A stretch of DNA of 62,631 nt, filler included, from Hausera hauseri (Eukaryota), in NCBI GenBank assembly GCA_046269625.1. It is 10 parts of 10 records of this genome, joined end to end, with 100 filler letters (N's around TTAATTAATTAA, not from the genome) between each part and the next. Parts side by side here need not be neighbours in the genome. Positions count along the whole stretch, not along the records: positions 49,587 to 53,667 come from JBJURY010773205.1; positions 53,768 to 57,797 come from JBJURY010807531.1; positions 57,898 to 62,631 come from JBJURY010457023.1; 7 more parts are not named here. One strand, given 5' to 3'. Positions 49,774 through 60,889 of the stretch are shown here, in pieces. Both the position numbers and the translations under genes were made by a program. Position 1 is the stretch's first letter. Each line of letters opens with the position of its first letter. The notes under the pieces are model-generated. The model did not search any database. It saw only the letters and a list, made by a program, of their open reading frames with translations, and was not told where the DNA came from.

Positions 49774-52700
49774 ATGGTGTCAGAAATAGCAATTAGTCAT
49801 TCTGACAATGGAGATTATGAAAAAGCGTTCAAAGAATTTGAAATTTTGCTAAAACTAGCGCAGCAAGACAACAATTTATTACTAATAGCCAAAGCTTATC
49901 GCCAATTGGTCGAATGTAAACTTGACATGTTGAAACCAACTGAAGCCTTGGATTATATAATGTTTTACTCGAAATCAGCGCAAAATTTGAAGGATATTTG
50001 TGAAATTCAACGAGCAGAAGTTACTCTTGGACGCTGCTTTTTAGATATGTACAAAGAAACAAAAATCTTGAAAGAAAGACAAGCTGTTCTATCTAAAGCA
50101 GAACAAGCTTTTGTTAAAAGTTTGCAAATGTGTCAGAAGATAGAGAGCAACACAGATTTATTAGTTACATACAATGACTATGGTGTTAAAGAGTATTACA
50201 AGTCGGAACAAAGCAAAGATACTGAAATAGCCTCTATGAAGGCGGTGTCTCTTTTCAATTTGGGTATGGTCAACTGTGAAAAATCCAACCAGAAGAGTAA
50301 TGACATGGCGGAAAAGTATTTTAATCAGTCGATTGGATTAAGCCTAAAATATAAACTGTATGATCTGTACCTGCAATCGGTATATAATTGTGCCGAAATG
50401 AAATACTATGCTTTAGTAAAATTGGCTGTGGAAGATTGTTCTGTGGATCAATCAAAACTACAAAAGATGTCGTCTGACGTCATTGGTATGATTAAGTCTC
50501 ATGTTCGAAAAATTCAAAACGCTTCTCTTACAAGTAACATGAAAAAGATCAGAATCGACATCGAAGAATTAGAAGCAATGATCATAATTGTTTCTGGGCA
50601 ACATCGAAAGGCAGCAAAAAAGTATCGAAAATTATCGAAACGACTTCACTCTTCACGAAAAGTTTATCAAAGGAAAATGCTTTGTGCCATGAAACTAGAT
50701 GGAAAATTGAGGCAGAGTCAAATCAATAAACATACCTCAGCATATTCCAAATATATTGGACAACTTTACGATGAGCTGGCGATATTGCCCATCGCAATTC
50801 GTTGCTACCAACGTTCCTTTGACAGGTTATCCGACAAGGAATCAGAATGTGCTATGAAATTAATTAATAAATTGATAAACCTATCTGATAGATGTGATAA
50901 AAGTGACATTAGTGGCACATTTTTGGAAATAAAATTGGAGTTATTGTTAAAAAAGTGTAAAGGTAGCGAAAATGCGAAAAATACGCGACGAGTTTGTGCC
51001 GATCTGATATTGAAGTTAGTCGAAAATTGGATGGTAACCGGACAGATTCATCAAAATTCGGATCGAGCTTTTGCGTTGTTGGAACAGGCGAATTTGTTTG
51101 TTGCTGAAAATAGCAATGTAGAAATGAAAATCAGGTTTGTCGAATGCCAAATTTTGCTGTACGAATGTCTTAAGGAAACTCATTCGCATTTCACGGATGA
51201 ATTATCAGCAGCTAAAGAAAAATTAAACAATTTAAAAAAAGCTAATTCGATAGAATCCGATGATAATGATTATGATGACGATGAAGTAGTTAATGAGGAA
51301 GAGATTAGTGAAGATAGTTTAACTGAACTTGAATTGTCGGATTGTGATGACGAACTATCTTCAGATTCTGATGTTGATGTTCGCGATTATACTGCCGAAC
51401 AAACAGAAGAACTTTATGCATGTGGCAAACGAACAACTGGAACGAAAAATTTTGTTATTAAGCGTAATGCAAAGCAGGAAACTCTTCTTCATGAAGCAGC
51501 CATAAAGGGAAACTTGAAGCAAGTACAAACACTTGTGGAAATAATGAAACATCCTTTGGATATACAAGATGCTGCTGGTTGGACGGCTCTTCATGATGCT
51601 GCCAATCATGGTCATGCTTCAATAGTTGAATACTTGGTAAATAAAGGGGCAAATATTGAACATACAGGACCTACTGCTGAGCGCTCTACACCTCTTTTAG
51701 AAGCCGCGAATGGAGGCGGAATTTATGCAGTTGAAGTTCTTATAAATCATGGTGCAAATCTGTGGCATAAAAATTCCAATGGTGAAAATGTCGGAGACTG
51801 TATAGATGGCTGGCGTCAGCGTTGCAAAGATAAGCAAATGTATAATGAGCCCGAAGCACGAGCATACAACAACTTGACTAAACTTATTCGTGAAAAACTT
51901 GGCGACCGATATAAAGAATGGTGTAAACAGAGAAAGGGTCTATCAAACATGATAAAGGAGAGTGAAGATCAAAGACGAAAAGAAGCGTTACCAGATTCAA
52001 TTAAAAAAGTCCCAGAAAAATCTCAATTAGACATGAGACGTGTTGCAGATGATGAGGAATTTGAAGAGACGAGCATCACTCAAGCTGATGATGCTAAAAA
52101 CAATGATCCTGTCAATGATTATCGAGATGCAATTCGTTCCATTGGTAGTCGAGTAGTAAAGATGGAACTCAACAACGAAGTCAATAAGCCCAACGAGAAC
52201 GCCGGCTATGTCATTGGAGATGATTGTCTTGAAGATGATATGACAAAGCCGAATAAAAGAGTTAAGCAAAAGTCCCCTGATTACGGAGGATACATCAGAC
52301 GACGCAGAAAATTAATACATTGTGATGAAGAAAAACAAGAATGTTCGGCTTCCAAACAATCGCGTTCGAGTAGAAATAGTTCTTCCCAGAATTCAGATAA
52401 TAAACCAGAGAAATCAAACACATCCATCCATATTGCCGATCCGTTAATCCAGACACAATCAGAAGACTTATTCAATGTCGAATCTTCATTTATCGATCGA
52501 TTGAGTTCTCCTCCACATGATTAAGTGACGTCACCACCAGCTTGTGTGACGGTGTCATACAGATCAATGTCAATCGTTGTCCCCATTACAGATCGTGACT
52601 GTTCTGTCCAATGGCTGTTGATCGAGACATTAAAGCGCTATGCGGCATTGACCCAAACGTCACCGTCTGACGATATAATGCAGCTGACAGTAGCTCGTGA

Positions 52701-52878
52701 AGATGGGGCGATCGTGTTTCATACAGACCCCTTGTTGCCAGTTATATCCGGGATTGATAGACCCATTAGACTTTACGTAACCCATTCCACAGCACCAATG
52801 ACCAGTTTTATGTCCCAGTCCACTCCAGAAACGTTTCACTCTATTGATCGGAAAATTAAACATTTGTTAGAATTATAG
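49774..52878 (+). CDS. TONSL: Tonsoku-like protein (TPR, acidic region, ankyrin repeats, UBL); in-frame TAA at 52522
   Basis: N-terminal TPRs (EIQRAEVTLGRCFL), D/E tract, RNAKQETLLHEAAIKGN, GWTALHDAANHGH, TPLLEAANGG; the 52525-52878 segment (IVVPITDRDCSVQWLLIETLKRY) resembles the TONSL UBL domain. Confidence 0.82.
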
Positions 52879-52929
52879 ATTCTAGATTTGTCTGATTGGC
52901 ATTTATCCGGACATGTTGTCCATTATTTA

Positions 52930-53667
52930 CAACATGCACTTATTGAATATTTGGAAAATGACGATTATTTTATTTTGAAAGATATTAATTCGATTCATGG
53001 CACGTACGTCAATGATTGCCGGGTTCAAAATGCGTCGGTCCGTTTGGCAGAAAGTGACGCGATTCGGTTCGGATTCAGTGTCGGTCAGTACGAATTTCAT
53101 TCGGATGATGTTGTTATTGACGATTTGGATGTTATGAATCTCCCTTATCCGACTGTTTCCGATAATCAGAGGATTGCGTGGCAACAATCACCATTATCAT
53201 CTCAACTACAACCGGCTAGTAAAGTGACAACTTTACCCATCATTCATTATGCCCAACCACAACCGGTCCAGCATCGATATACTGTTACCGGAACCAATGT
53301 TGCTTGGCCACAATGTGCCAGACCGCCTATTTCTAATGCAAAGTTAAGTCGTCCTCGAAGTGCTAACATACTTAATAAGCGTCAGCTCATACCCACTGCT
53401 CCAGCAATAGCAAGCGCAACAAATTCTAAAAAAGGTTCTATTTCGGGTCCATCCAGAGGTTCTACGAAGGATCAAAGAATTATCATTACTGAGGACCCAC
53501 AGTATTATCAGCTTCAACAAGAAGTTGACAGACTAAAATCAATCGGACATGACTCGGCAGCCAAAACTCACCAAATCGATAGTTTGTTACAACAAAACGC
53601 TGAATTAATGCAATCAACTAACCCAGATCAAATAGACGATCTTTACAAGAGCATCAAACAGTTGACT
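52930..53667 (+). CDS. FHA-domain protein fragment (FHAD1-like) plus coiled coil
   Basis: QHALIEY...FILKDINSIHGTYVNDCRVQNASVRLAESDAIRFG. Confidence 0.75.
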
Positions 53668-53832
53668 NNNNNNNNNNNNNNNNNNNNNNNNNNNNNNNNN
53701 NNNNNNNNNNNTTAATTAATTAANNNNNNNNNNNNNNNNNNNNNNNNNNNNNNNNNNNNNNNNNNNNAACAATTTTATAATCTGCACAAGGACCACTTAA
53801 ACCAGTTTAAGCGGTCGAAGAAACAAATATTT

Positions 53833-56288
53833 ATGGACAGCAGCTGCAGAAGCATCCTGTCAACAACAACAACCAGTAGAAAACGTCAGGCCTCAACAAG
53901 TCTTGACGACTTAATCAGAAACAGTACCCAGCAGCAGCAGCAGCAGCAGCAGGAACAGGAACAGCATCAACAAGAACAGGAAGCCAGTATTCCCAACATT
54001 ACAGTCAAGTACGATCTGAACAGAACGTACGTGGACATAAAGGTGGCCATGTCAGCGAAAACAGCAACGCAATGGAAGGATGTACCCGCTCATGTGCGTA
54101 ACCGGTTGGAAACAGAGGTGGTCAAATTCCAACACCACCACCACTGCAAAGTACAATATTATGCACTTGCAGAATTTAAAAATTTAGAAGGTGACAGGAA
54201 ACAATGGTACCTGTCACATCGAGCCGTACCGTATTCCAAAGATTTTATTGCCGACGTAGGCAAGAAGCTCGAGGAGAAAATCGCCAACTACACTGAAAAG
54301 GGTAGTGGATGCAAATTATAAAAACTGTCACTCTCGGCTTTGTCATAACAAAGTCGAGTGATATAATTTACCTGTCCAGGCAATCATTCATACCGACACC
54401 TGCAGCTCTAAAGCAGTCTCTGACGGTGGTGAATGTGCAAAACAAGAACGATGAATACTGGTTTCTTTACAGTATTCTGGCCATATTAACATATGACAAA
54501 GTGGAGAGAAAACATGCTAATCGTCCAAATCAGTATCGACAGTATTTTTTCGAATTGGATTTCGATGAAAGCTAGATGCCAATAAAACTAAAAACCATTC
54601 CGACGTTTGAAAAGCGTAATTCGACGCTGTCAATCAACGTTTTCCGGTATAACTCAATAGTTGAAATACCGAAATCCAAACGGACGCCCAGTAAATGTGT
54701 TACCGTTGGAGCGGGCAGAAAAGTATCATTACGTGGCTGTAAAAAATTTGGATAGATTGCTGAATATGGATCATGATCAGTTTATCAAAAAACAAATACG
54801 ATGCAAATGGCGTATTTGCACGGCTTTAGATCACAAACTACATGGGAAAAGCATGTGACATTTTGCAGACAAAGTGCAATAGGAACAACAATGTATGTCA
54901 TGCCAGTAAAAAAGGAGCCGAGGTTCAGTAACTGGTCGAAGACTGACAGTCCGGCATACGTTGTATATGCTGATATTGAGGAAATCCTACCATAGTGCAA
55001 CGAATATGATCAAAAACATATTCCAATTGCCGTCCGAATGCTGGTTGTCCCAATAAAAGCTGCAGGTAAACCGCAATATTATGCGTTTCATGGCTGGAAC
55101 TGTGTACGCGATTTCCTGCATCAGTTGGAAACAATAGTAGAAAATGAAGTCGCACCCTGGTGCAGTTGAAATAGCAATGAACCCTTGGTGTGGACAGATG
55201 AATATGAACCACTGATGTTTGCAGCCACCGATTAACGTTACCTGGGCCACAAAATATTACCGTTCAATGCACTGGAACGTTTCATACCGGATCATGATCA
55301 GTTTACCGGTCGATACTTGGGAGCTTCATGCAATTCATGCAACTTGCCAAGGCGTGTGCGACCATTCCTACCGGTGATTTTTCATAACTTCAGGAGTTAT
55401 GATTGTCACCATATTTTGAAGTGGGCAGTAAACGGATTTCCGCACTGGGAACTGTCCATAATTCTGACTACAATGGAGAAATATCTGTCATTGTCTGCTG
55501 GTATAAACCGGTTCCAGATACGCCTCCTCGACTCACTGCAATTTCTCGATGAATCATTAGCAAGGCTGGTGAATGCCTTGCCAGATGTGCCGTTAACAAT
55601 GACTCAGTTCTCTGTACACATTGCGTGTAACAAAGGTATATTTCCTTATGACCTTGCTATATTGTACGAGCGGCTCCAGATGACAAACGAATTACCACGC
55701 AACATCCCGGTATCACAGAAGAAGAATATCACAAAGCACAATCATTTTGAGCAGAGATGGGTTGCAGAAACCTGTTGGACTACATGCTTCAGTATCTGAA
55801 ATTGGACAAGGACCTTTTAGCTGATGTGTTTCAGATATTTCGAGCTAAAATGTTGGCAGAAGATAGGCTGGAGCCACTCAACTTTTACTCAATACGCGGA
55901 ATGAGTTTGGCATCAGCTTCGATGTCACTGGATCGGGATATCGAGCTATTGCAAGACCCGCAAATGTACCGAATGTTTGATGTTGGTATTCGTGGCTGTA
56001 TGGCATTTGTCAACATGCATAATGTAGCCAGTGATGATACCACATCACTGTTGTATATCGATATTAATAACCTGTACGGCTAGGCGCTTTCACAACCCTT
56101 GCCGTACGGTTCATTCGAATGAATAGTTGACAACCAGGACCCGGGCACAATACTGGAAAATCTGTCGAGAGCAGACACGACAACAGCAGAAAACAGATCA
56201 ATCGGATACCTGATGGAAGTCGATCTCGTGGTACCAGATGTGCTGCATGACTTTCTGGATGAACTGCCGGTGGCACCAATCAGCCAAT
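53833..56288 (+). mobile_element. Polinton/Maverick-type pPolB, decayed (copy 2), truncated after motif A
   Basis: Collinear with copy 1: VVNVQNKNDEYWFLYSILA, DHDQFTGRYLGASCNSCNL, FHNFRSYDCH, KGIFPYD, YIDINNLYG and MEVDLVVPD. Confidence 0.92.
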
Positions 56289-56797
56289 ATACGCTAGACT
56301 TGAAGGGGAAAAAGCTGCTTAAAGCGATATTTAAAGTTTCCGAATCAGGTACAGGTGGGTACATTAAAATTGAACTGGCTAAGGATATTGTCGACATTTC
56401 ATTTGACAAAGCTTTGGCCATGGTATTGGGTTTCGAAAAATAACGGATTGAGGCATCAAATACGAAGACGGCGGTACATGTTGCAACATTTAAACCAAAA
56501 CTGAAAACTGGACTAAGTCAAATGTACATTTATGTGAATGTCACCGAACCGATTGTGGTCGGCGGAGTACGTCTATCGCTACTTCGTGCAATTTATCCGG
56601 AAAGCAGCAAGTATACTGCTTGCGGCAATGTCACTGTCAAGTTCGATAATCCAATGTACCTAATTGTGACAACTACATCTATAAACAATGCTGAAGTCAA
56701 TATCCGACGTGACGCGAGCTACCTTACTGAATTTCCGTACGGTACCACAACCTCTCAAACTCTTCATTTCCATCGAATCCAACAACAACATGATTGA
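56289..56797 (+). pseudogene. Polinton minor capsid (penton) C-terminal part
   Basis: LAMVLGF...MYIYVNVTEPIVVGGVRLSLLRAI...FDNPMY...INNAEVNIR...TLHFHR. Confidence 0.75.
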
Positions 56798-57155
56798 TTA
56801 TGAAATCGTTTCCATTTACTGTAAACCCCGGAAGGGCGGGGAACTGCCGTATTTCGTTGGTAAACAATATGGCTCTGGCTAGATGCGTACATTGGCACGT
56901 TTAGCGTTTCCGGTGTTGAAGCGTATCGGTGCCGTGGCAGCAAAAACAGCACAGGACGTACTATATGAAAACAAATCGATTTTACCGTCACTGAAGGAAC
57001 ACGCCTTGTTCGAAATATAAAGCGCTGCACCGGGAGTCGATAAATCAGTCAAAAAACAATTCGCTGGCAGTGGCTTCATGATGAGAAAACGCCGTAGAGC
57101 ATCATCGAGTTCATCAGCTGTAAACAAACATCGTCCTCGTACGATTTTCGATTGA
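56790..57155 (+). pseudogene. Polinton small virion protein with xxGxG processing-like motifs and an amphipathic helix (two in-frame stops)
   Basis: PYFVGKQYGSG*MRTLARLAFPVLKRIG...QFAGSG...RKRRR...TIFD, located between penton and major capsid genes. Confidence 0.6.
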
Positions 57156-57182
57156 TTAATTGACAGACAAACAAACAGACAA

Positions 57183-57797
57183 ATGGCATCCTCAAAATCT
57201 AAATTGTGTATATTTGGCAAAGGTGCGCCACAAGTTGTTATTGATAAAGCGGCATTTGAAGAAATCTACCCCGTTGATTCGGTTTCAACGGATGATAACA
57301 TTGACATTCAATTCAACATTATGCCAGCGGATAGGCTACGCTATGTAAAAGTCGTTATTAAAAAGGATGCATCAACAGTTCTCGCTGCAACAGACGCTAT
57401 CACACCGGCCAATTACCTGTTCCTCACACTGTTTCAGGAGACTTCACTGACTGTAAACAGCGTCAAAATTGAAGGCAACACCAGTAAACAGTATCAAAGC
57501 ATTCATTAAAACGGCTCTGAATTACACACAAACACGAAATCGACTCATTTGACAAAAACTATCGGATACTATGCCACAGCGGCAAACCATCACGTATGGG
57601 TGGCAGATTATACGTACGTCGTGTAAAGATAGAACCGTCTGTGCTCATGGGACATCCATTGGGCTTGGATACTCAAAATGCCTGTTATCCGATACAACGC
57701 AAGGAACTCGTGTTTTATAACATACCCAAAGGTTCGACAACGTTTTACAAAGATGCACTATTTGGCGACATGCGATTGCCGAAATTTGTGCTCGTTA
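57183..57797 (+). pseudogene. Polinton major capsid protein (double jelly roll), internally deleted
   Basis: SKSKLCIFGKGAPQVVIDKAAFEEIYPVDS...IQFNI; PANYLFLTLF; LYVRRVKIEPSVLMGH...YPIQRKELVFYNIPKG...LPKFVLV. Confidence 0.8.
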
Positions 57798-57897
57798 NNN
57801 NNNNNNNNNNNNNNNNNNNNNNNNNNNNNNNNNNNNNNNNNTTAATTAATTAANNNNNNNNNNNNNNNNNNNNNNNNNNNNNNNNNNNNNNNNNNNN

Positions 57898-58812
57898 AGA
57901 ATTGTGGCCAGTTTGTTCACATCTTCTGCAAACTAGAGGTGTACCATTTCGGTTAACATCAACACGTCCTTGTTGTTGATATTGATTAGACGAATTACTC
58001 TTATTCTTATTCCAATTTTTACCAGAATTATTGTTTTTTGTGTATGAACTATTATTTGAATTATTTTGATTATTTTGTTTTTGTTGGGATCTATTTTGGC
58101 TTTGTTGCTGATTATCATTTTGAGGTTTATTCTGATTTTGCTGTTGATTTTGCTGTTGATTTTGCTGTTGGTTATTTGGATTTTGATTGTTAAATCTTTG
58201 GTTAGGTTTAGAGAATCGTTCGTCTTTATAAGGACCTACATAAGCTTCAAGATTCTGTGCTTCACGCACTGCTTCGTTGAATGTTAGGCAGTTTCTTTTT
58301 AAGATGTCTGTTTTGATGTCTTTTCTGACACCTTTCAAGAATTGGGTTAATAGATGAATATCTATTTCGACTTTCAAGTCATCTTCTTTTGCGTTAGGGT
58401 TTTTAATCAATATTTGGGTCTTAACGGTGTTTGCATAATTTTTTACTAGTTCTGATAGGGCATAAGAATACTGAGTAACAGTTTCGCCAGATTGTTGAAA
58501 TCTTTTTTGTAAGATGGCTAGTTGAGCTGTTGGGGTTACTGTTGGCATTAAGCGTTTAATCAGAGCAGAAGTTAACTTATCCCAATCAGCTTTTTCATCA
58601 GGAGTTATTTCCTGGAAGACATCAAGAGCTACTTCATCTAAGTAAAGGGGCATTCTGCGGATAGAGGCTTGCTGATCAACGCCTAATCCTTCGCTTAATA
58701 AGCGATAGGTTTTCAAAAACTTTAGTAAACCGGCAGGATCGCCATTATATTTTGGAATATTTAAAGGCTCATGAATAGTCAAATTAATTGGTTGTTGTGG
58801 GGCTTGTGCCAT
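57898..58812 (-). CDS. Ty3/Gypsy Gag (capsid, Q/N-rich linker, CCHC knuckle truncated by the spacer)
   Basis: IPKYNGDP, WDKLTSALIKRL, QQSGETVTQYSYAL, QFLKGVRKDIK, TFNEAVREAQNLE and CRRCEQTGH. Confidence 0.9.
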
Positions 58813-58970
58813 TTCGTCTTGTAAGTCTGGATCTATTAAATCAAGATTTAAGGGCTCTAGTTCTATTACTAGGTCTTTAAGTTCTAAATTTTGTGTGGAG
58901 TCGACAGTCGTACGTTTATTAGGATTTTTTCTAGGTATGTTTGTGTTTTAATTTTAACTTTAAGAGACAA

Positions 58971-58988
58971 GTCCTGCTAGGGTCGCCA
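58971..58988 (-). promoter_or_regulatory. tRNA primer-binding site
   Basis: TGGCGACCCTAGCAGGAC lies 4 nt after the LTR end ...CCAACA; complementary to a tRNA 3' end ...GGTCGCCA (isotype not determined, Arg plausible). Confidence 0.75.
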
Positions 58989-58992
58989 GAAA

Positions 58993-60617
58993 TGTTGGTT
59001 CAGTGTCCAAAATTTCCAATTCTATTCAAGATATTAGGATTTCGGATTCTTGTCTCTTTTAAAAGAAAATATTTTATGTTTTTTGATTTTTGGTTGACTA
59101 AGAAGAGTTTCTCTTTGTTGTTTTAGTTCTAGTTGATGCTGAATCTCTTTATTTATTGCGTGTCTTGCGAAAAAGAATTCCAAACGCTCTTGAATAACCC
59201 AAAGGTAATACTCGAATCTGATTTTTAAACGTTCCCAGAGGGCTTTAATGCACATTAATTTTCAAGTAGTTCTCAACTTGTTTGTTGATTTTGGTACAAT
59301 CTGTTTCTTAAGTTAACTAAAATGTGAAAGAAGTATAAATTGAAGGACAGGTTAATTTTCTACTGTCTGATTTTACTTAATTGATGTGTAAAAGCTTGGC
59401 CTACTTGTGGTTCGGCCGCTAACGCTCTTAGTTAGTGGGAGAAATTTAATTTACTGAAAACCAAGATAAAATAAACAAATCAAAAAATGGGTTTTACAAC
59501 TTTTAAAATACTTACAATTCTCCCTGTAGTTTCAATGAGAAGAATATCGGACCAATATCGAATATATTTGAATTGAATCAATAGCAAGCGGCTTTACAAT
59601 GAATGGCTTGCTAACGTTGTCGAACGAATCGAGAAGTAAATCAATGATTTTGAGCCGAATTTAACGGTACAAGGTTTTAATAACAATAAAAAGAGTTGTT
59701 ATTTCAAAGGACCAACTTTGGGGTGATCTTGTGCTTTTAACTTGGGTATATATATCTGTTTTTATTTTGCAGGGGTTTATTTTGGTCTTACTTATGTGGT
59801 GTGTTAATATTTTAAGTTATGTAGTTTCATCTTTTTTTAGATTTGTTAGTTTTTCCATTTGTACTCATGACTTGTTATACACATCATTTATTTTGTGTGG
59901 TATTACAATTTGTTAGTTCAGGTTTATGCTTATGATCCATTTATTTTGTGTAGTTTCACAATAAAGTAAAGTCTTAATATGTGTAGTATCTGCATTCTGT
60001 ATTTCGATGTTTATCGATTAAATTAAACATTAAACACCTTGATTCTTTTAATTTAAAATTTTGTATATTAAATTTAATCATCATTTGCAAAACATTTTCA
60101 CCGCATTCATTCATTTTTAACAAAACATTAACCTTCTTCCAACGTCTCCAATATATCTCTTTGACTCTGAATGATGTAATTTATGCTATAGTTGACTAAT
60201 TGTCATTTTTGAGTTTAGTTATTTCATAAACCTGTGTAAAGATCATTTAGGTAATTACTAATTCACATTGATGATGATATTGATTTTTGTCTACAACTGC
60301 ATTCTGTTGGCACATACTGATTACTTCATAACGTGTAATATACTTATAAATGTTGCCGTGAAATTCATCTAGCAAGTACAAATAAGTCAAATGTGAGAAC
60401 TTGGATGAATGTTGCTGATATAACACTGGTCCGGTCAAATACCTGTTTGTTGGTGTGTGTGTATATATCATAGTGCATGACGATGCTTATCACGTAGTTC
60501 AGGTTAATTAAAGTTAAACCGTATGCTGTACGCGTTTTCAGCAATTGACAAGAAATGTAATTATCTACAAACATTCAGTACGCGTTTTCAGCAATCTGCA
60601 ATCATTCATCTCCAACA
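58993..60617 (-). repeat. 1625-nt LTR with TGTTGG...CCAACA termini
   Basis: 6-nt terminal inverted repeat; preceded by PPT AGGGGGGAGAGA (60629-60618) and followed by the PBS and gag. Confidence 0.8.
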
Positions 60618-60889
60618 TCTCTCCCCCCTATAGAAAAATTTTGGTCACAAAATTAATTATTTATTTGATCACTCGACAACGTTAACGTAACAATATACAA
60701 CGTAAAAATGTGATAATATACATGATGTAGAGAGAAAGATAAAGTTAGTAAAGTCACAATAATGTCAATAAAAGTGCAAAGTACAATAGTACATAAAAAG
60801 TAGTAAGAGTAATATACTAAATAAAAAAGAAAGAGTAAACTAAAGTATCATGATATAAGAAGTTGTTGAAAATAAAAGCGTAAACAAAA

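Noticed and set aside
14476-52878. Stop-codon reassignment suggested by many single in-frame stops
   Set aside because: Stops fall at positions expected to be W, L, C, G and R with no consistent amino acid, which fits mutational decay.
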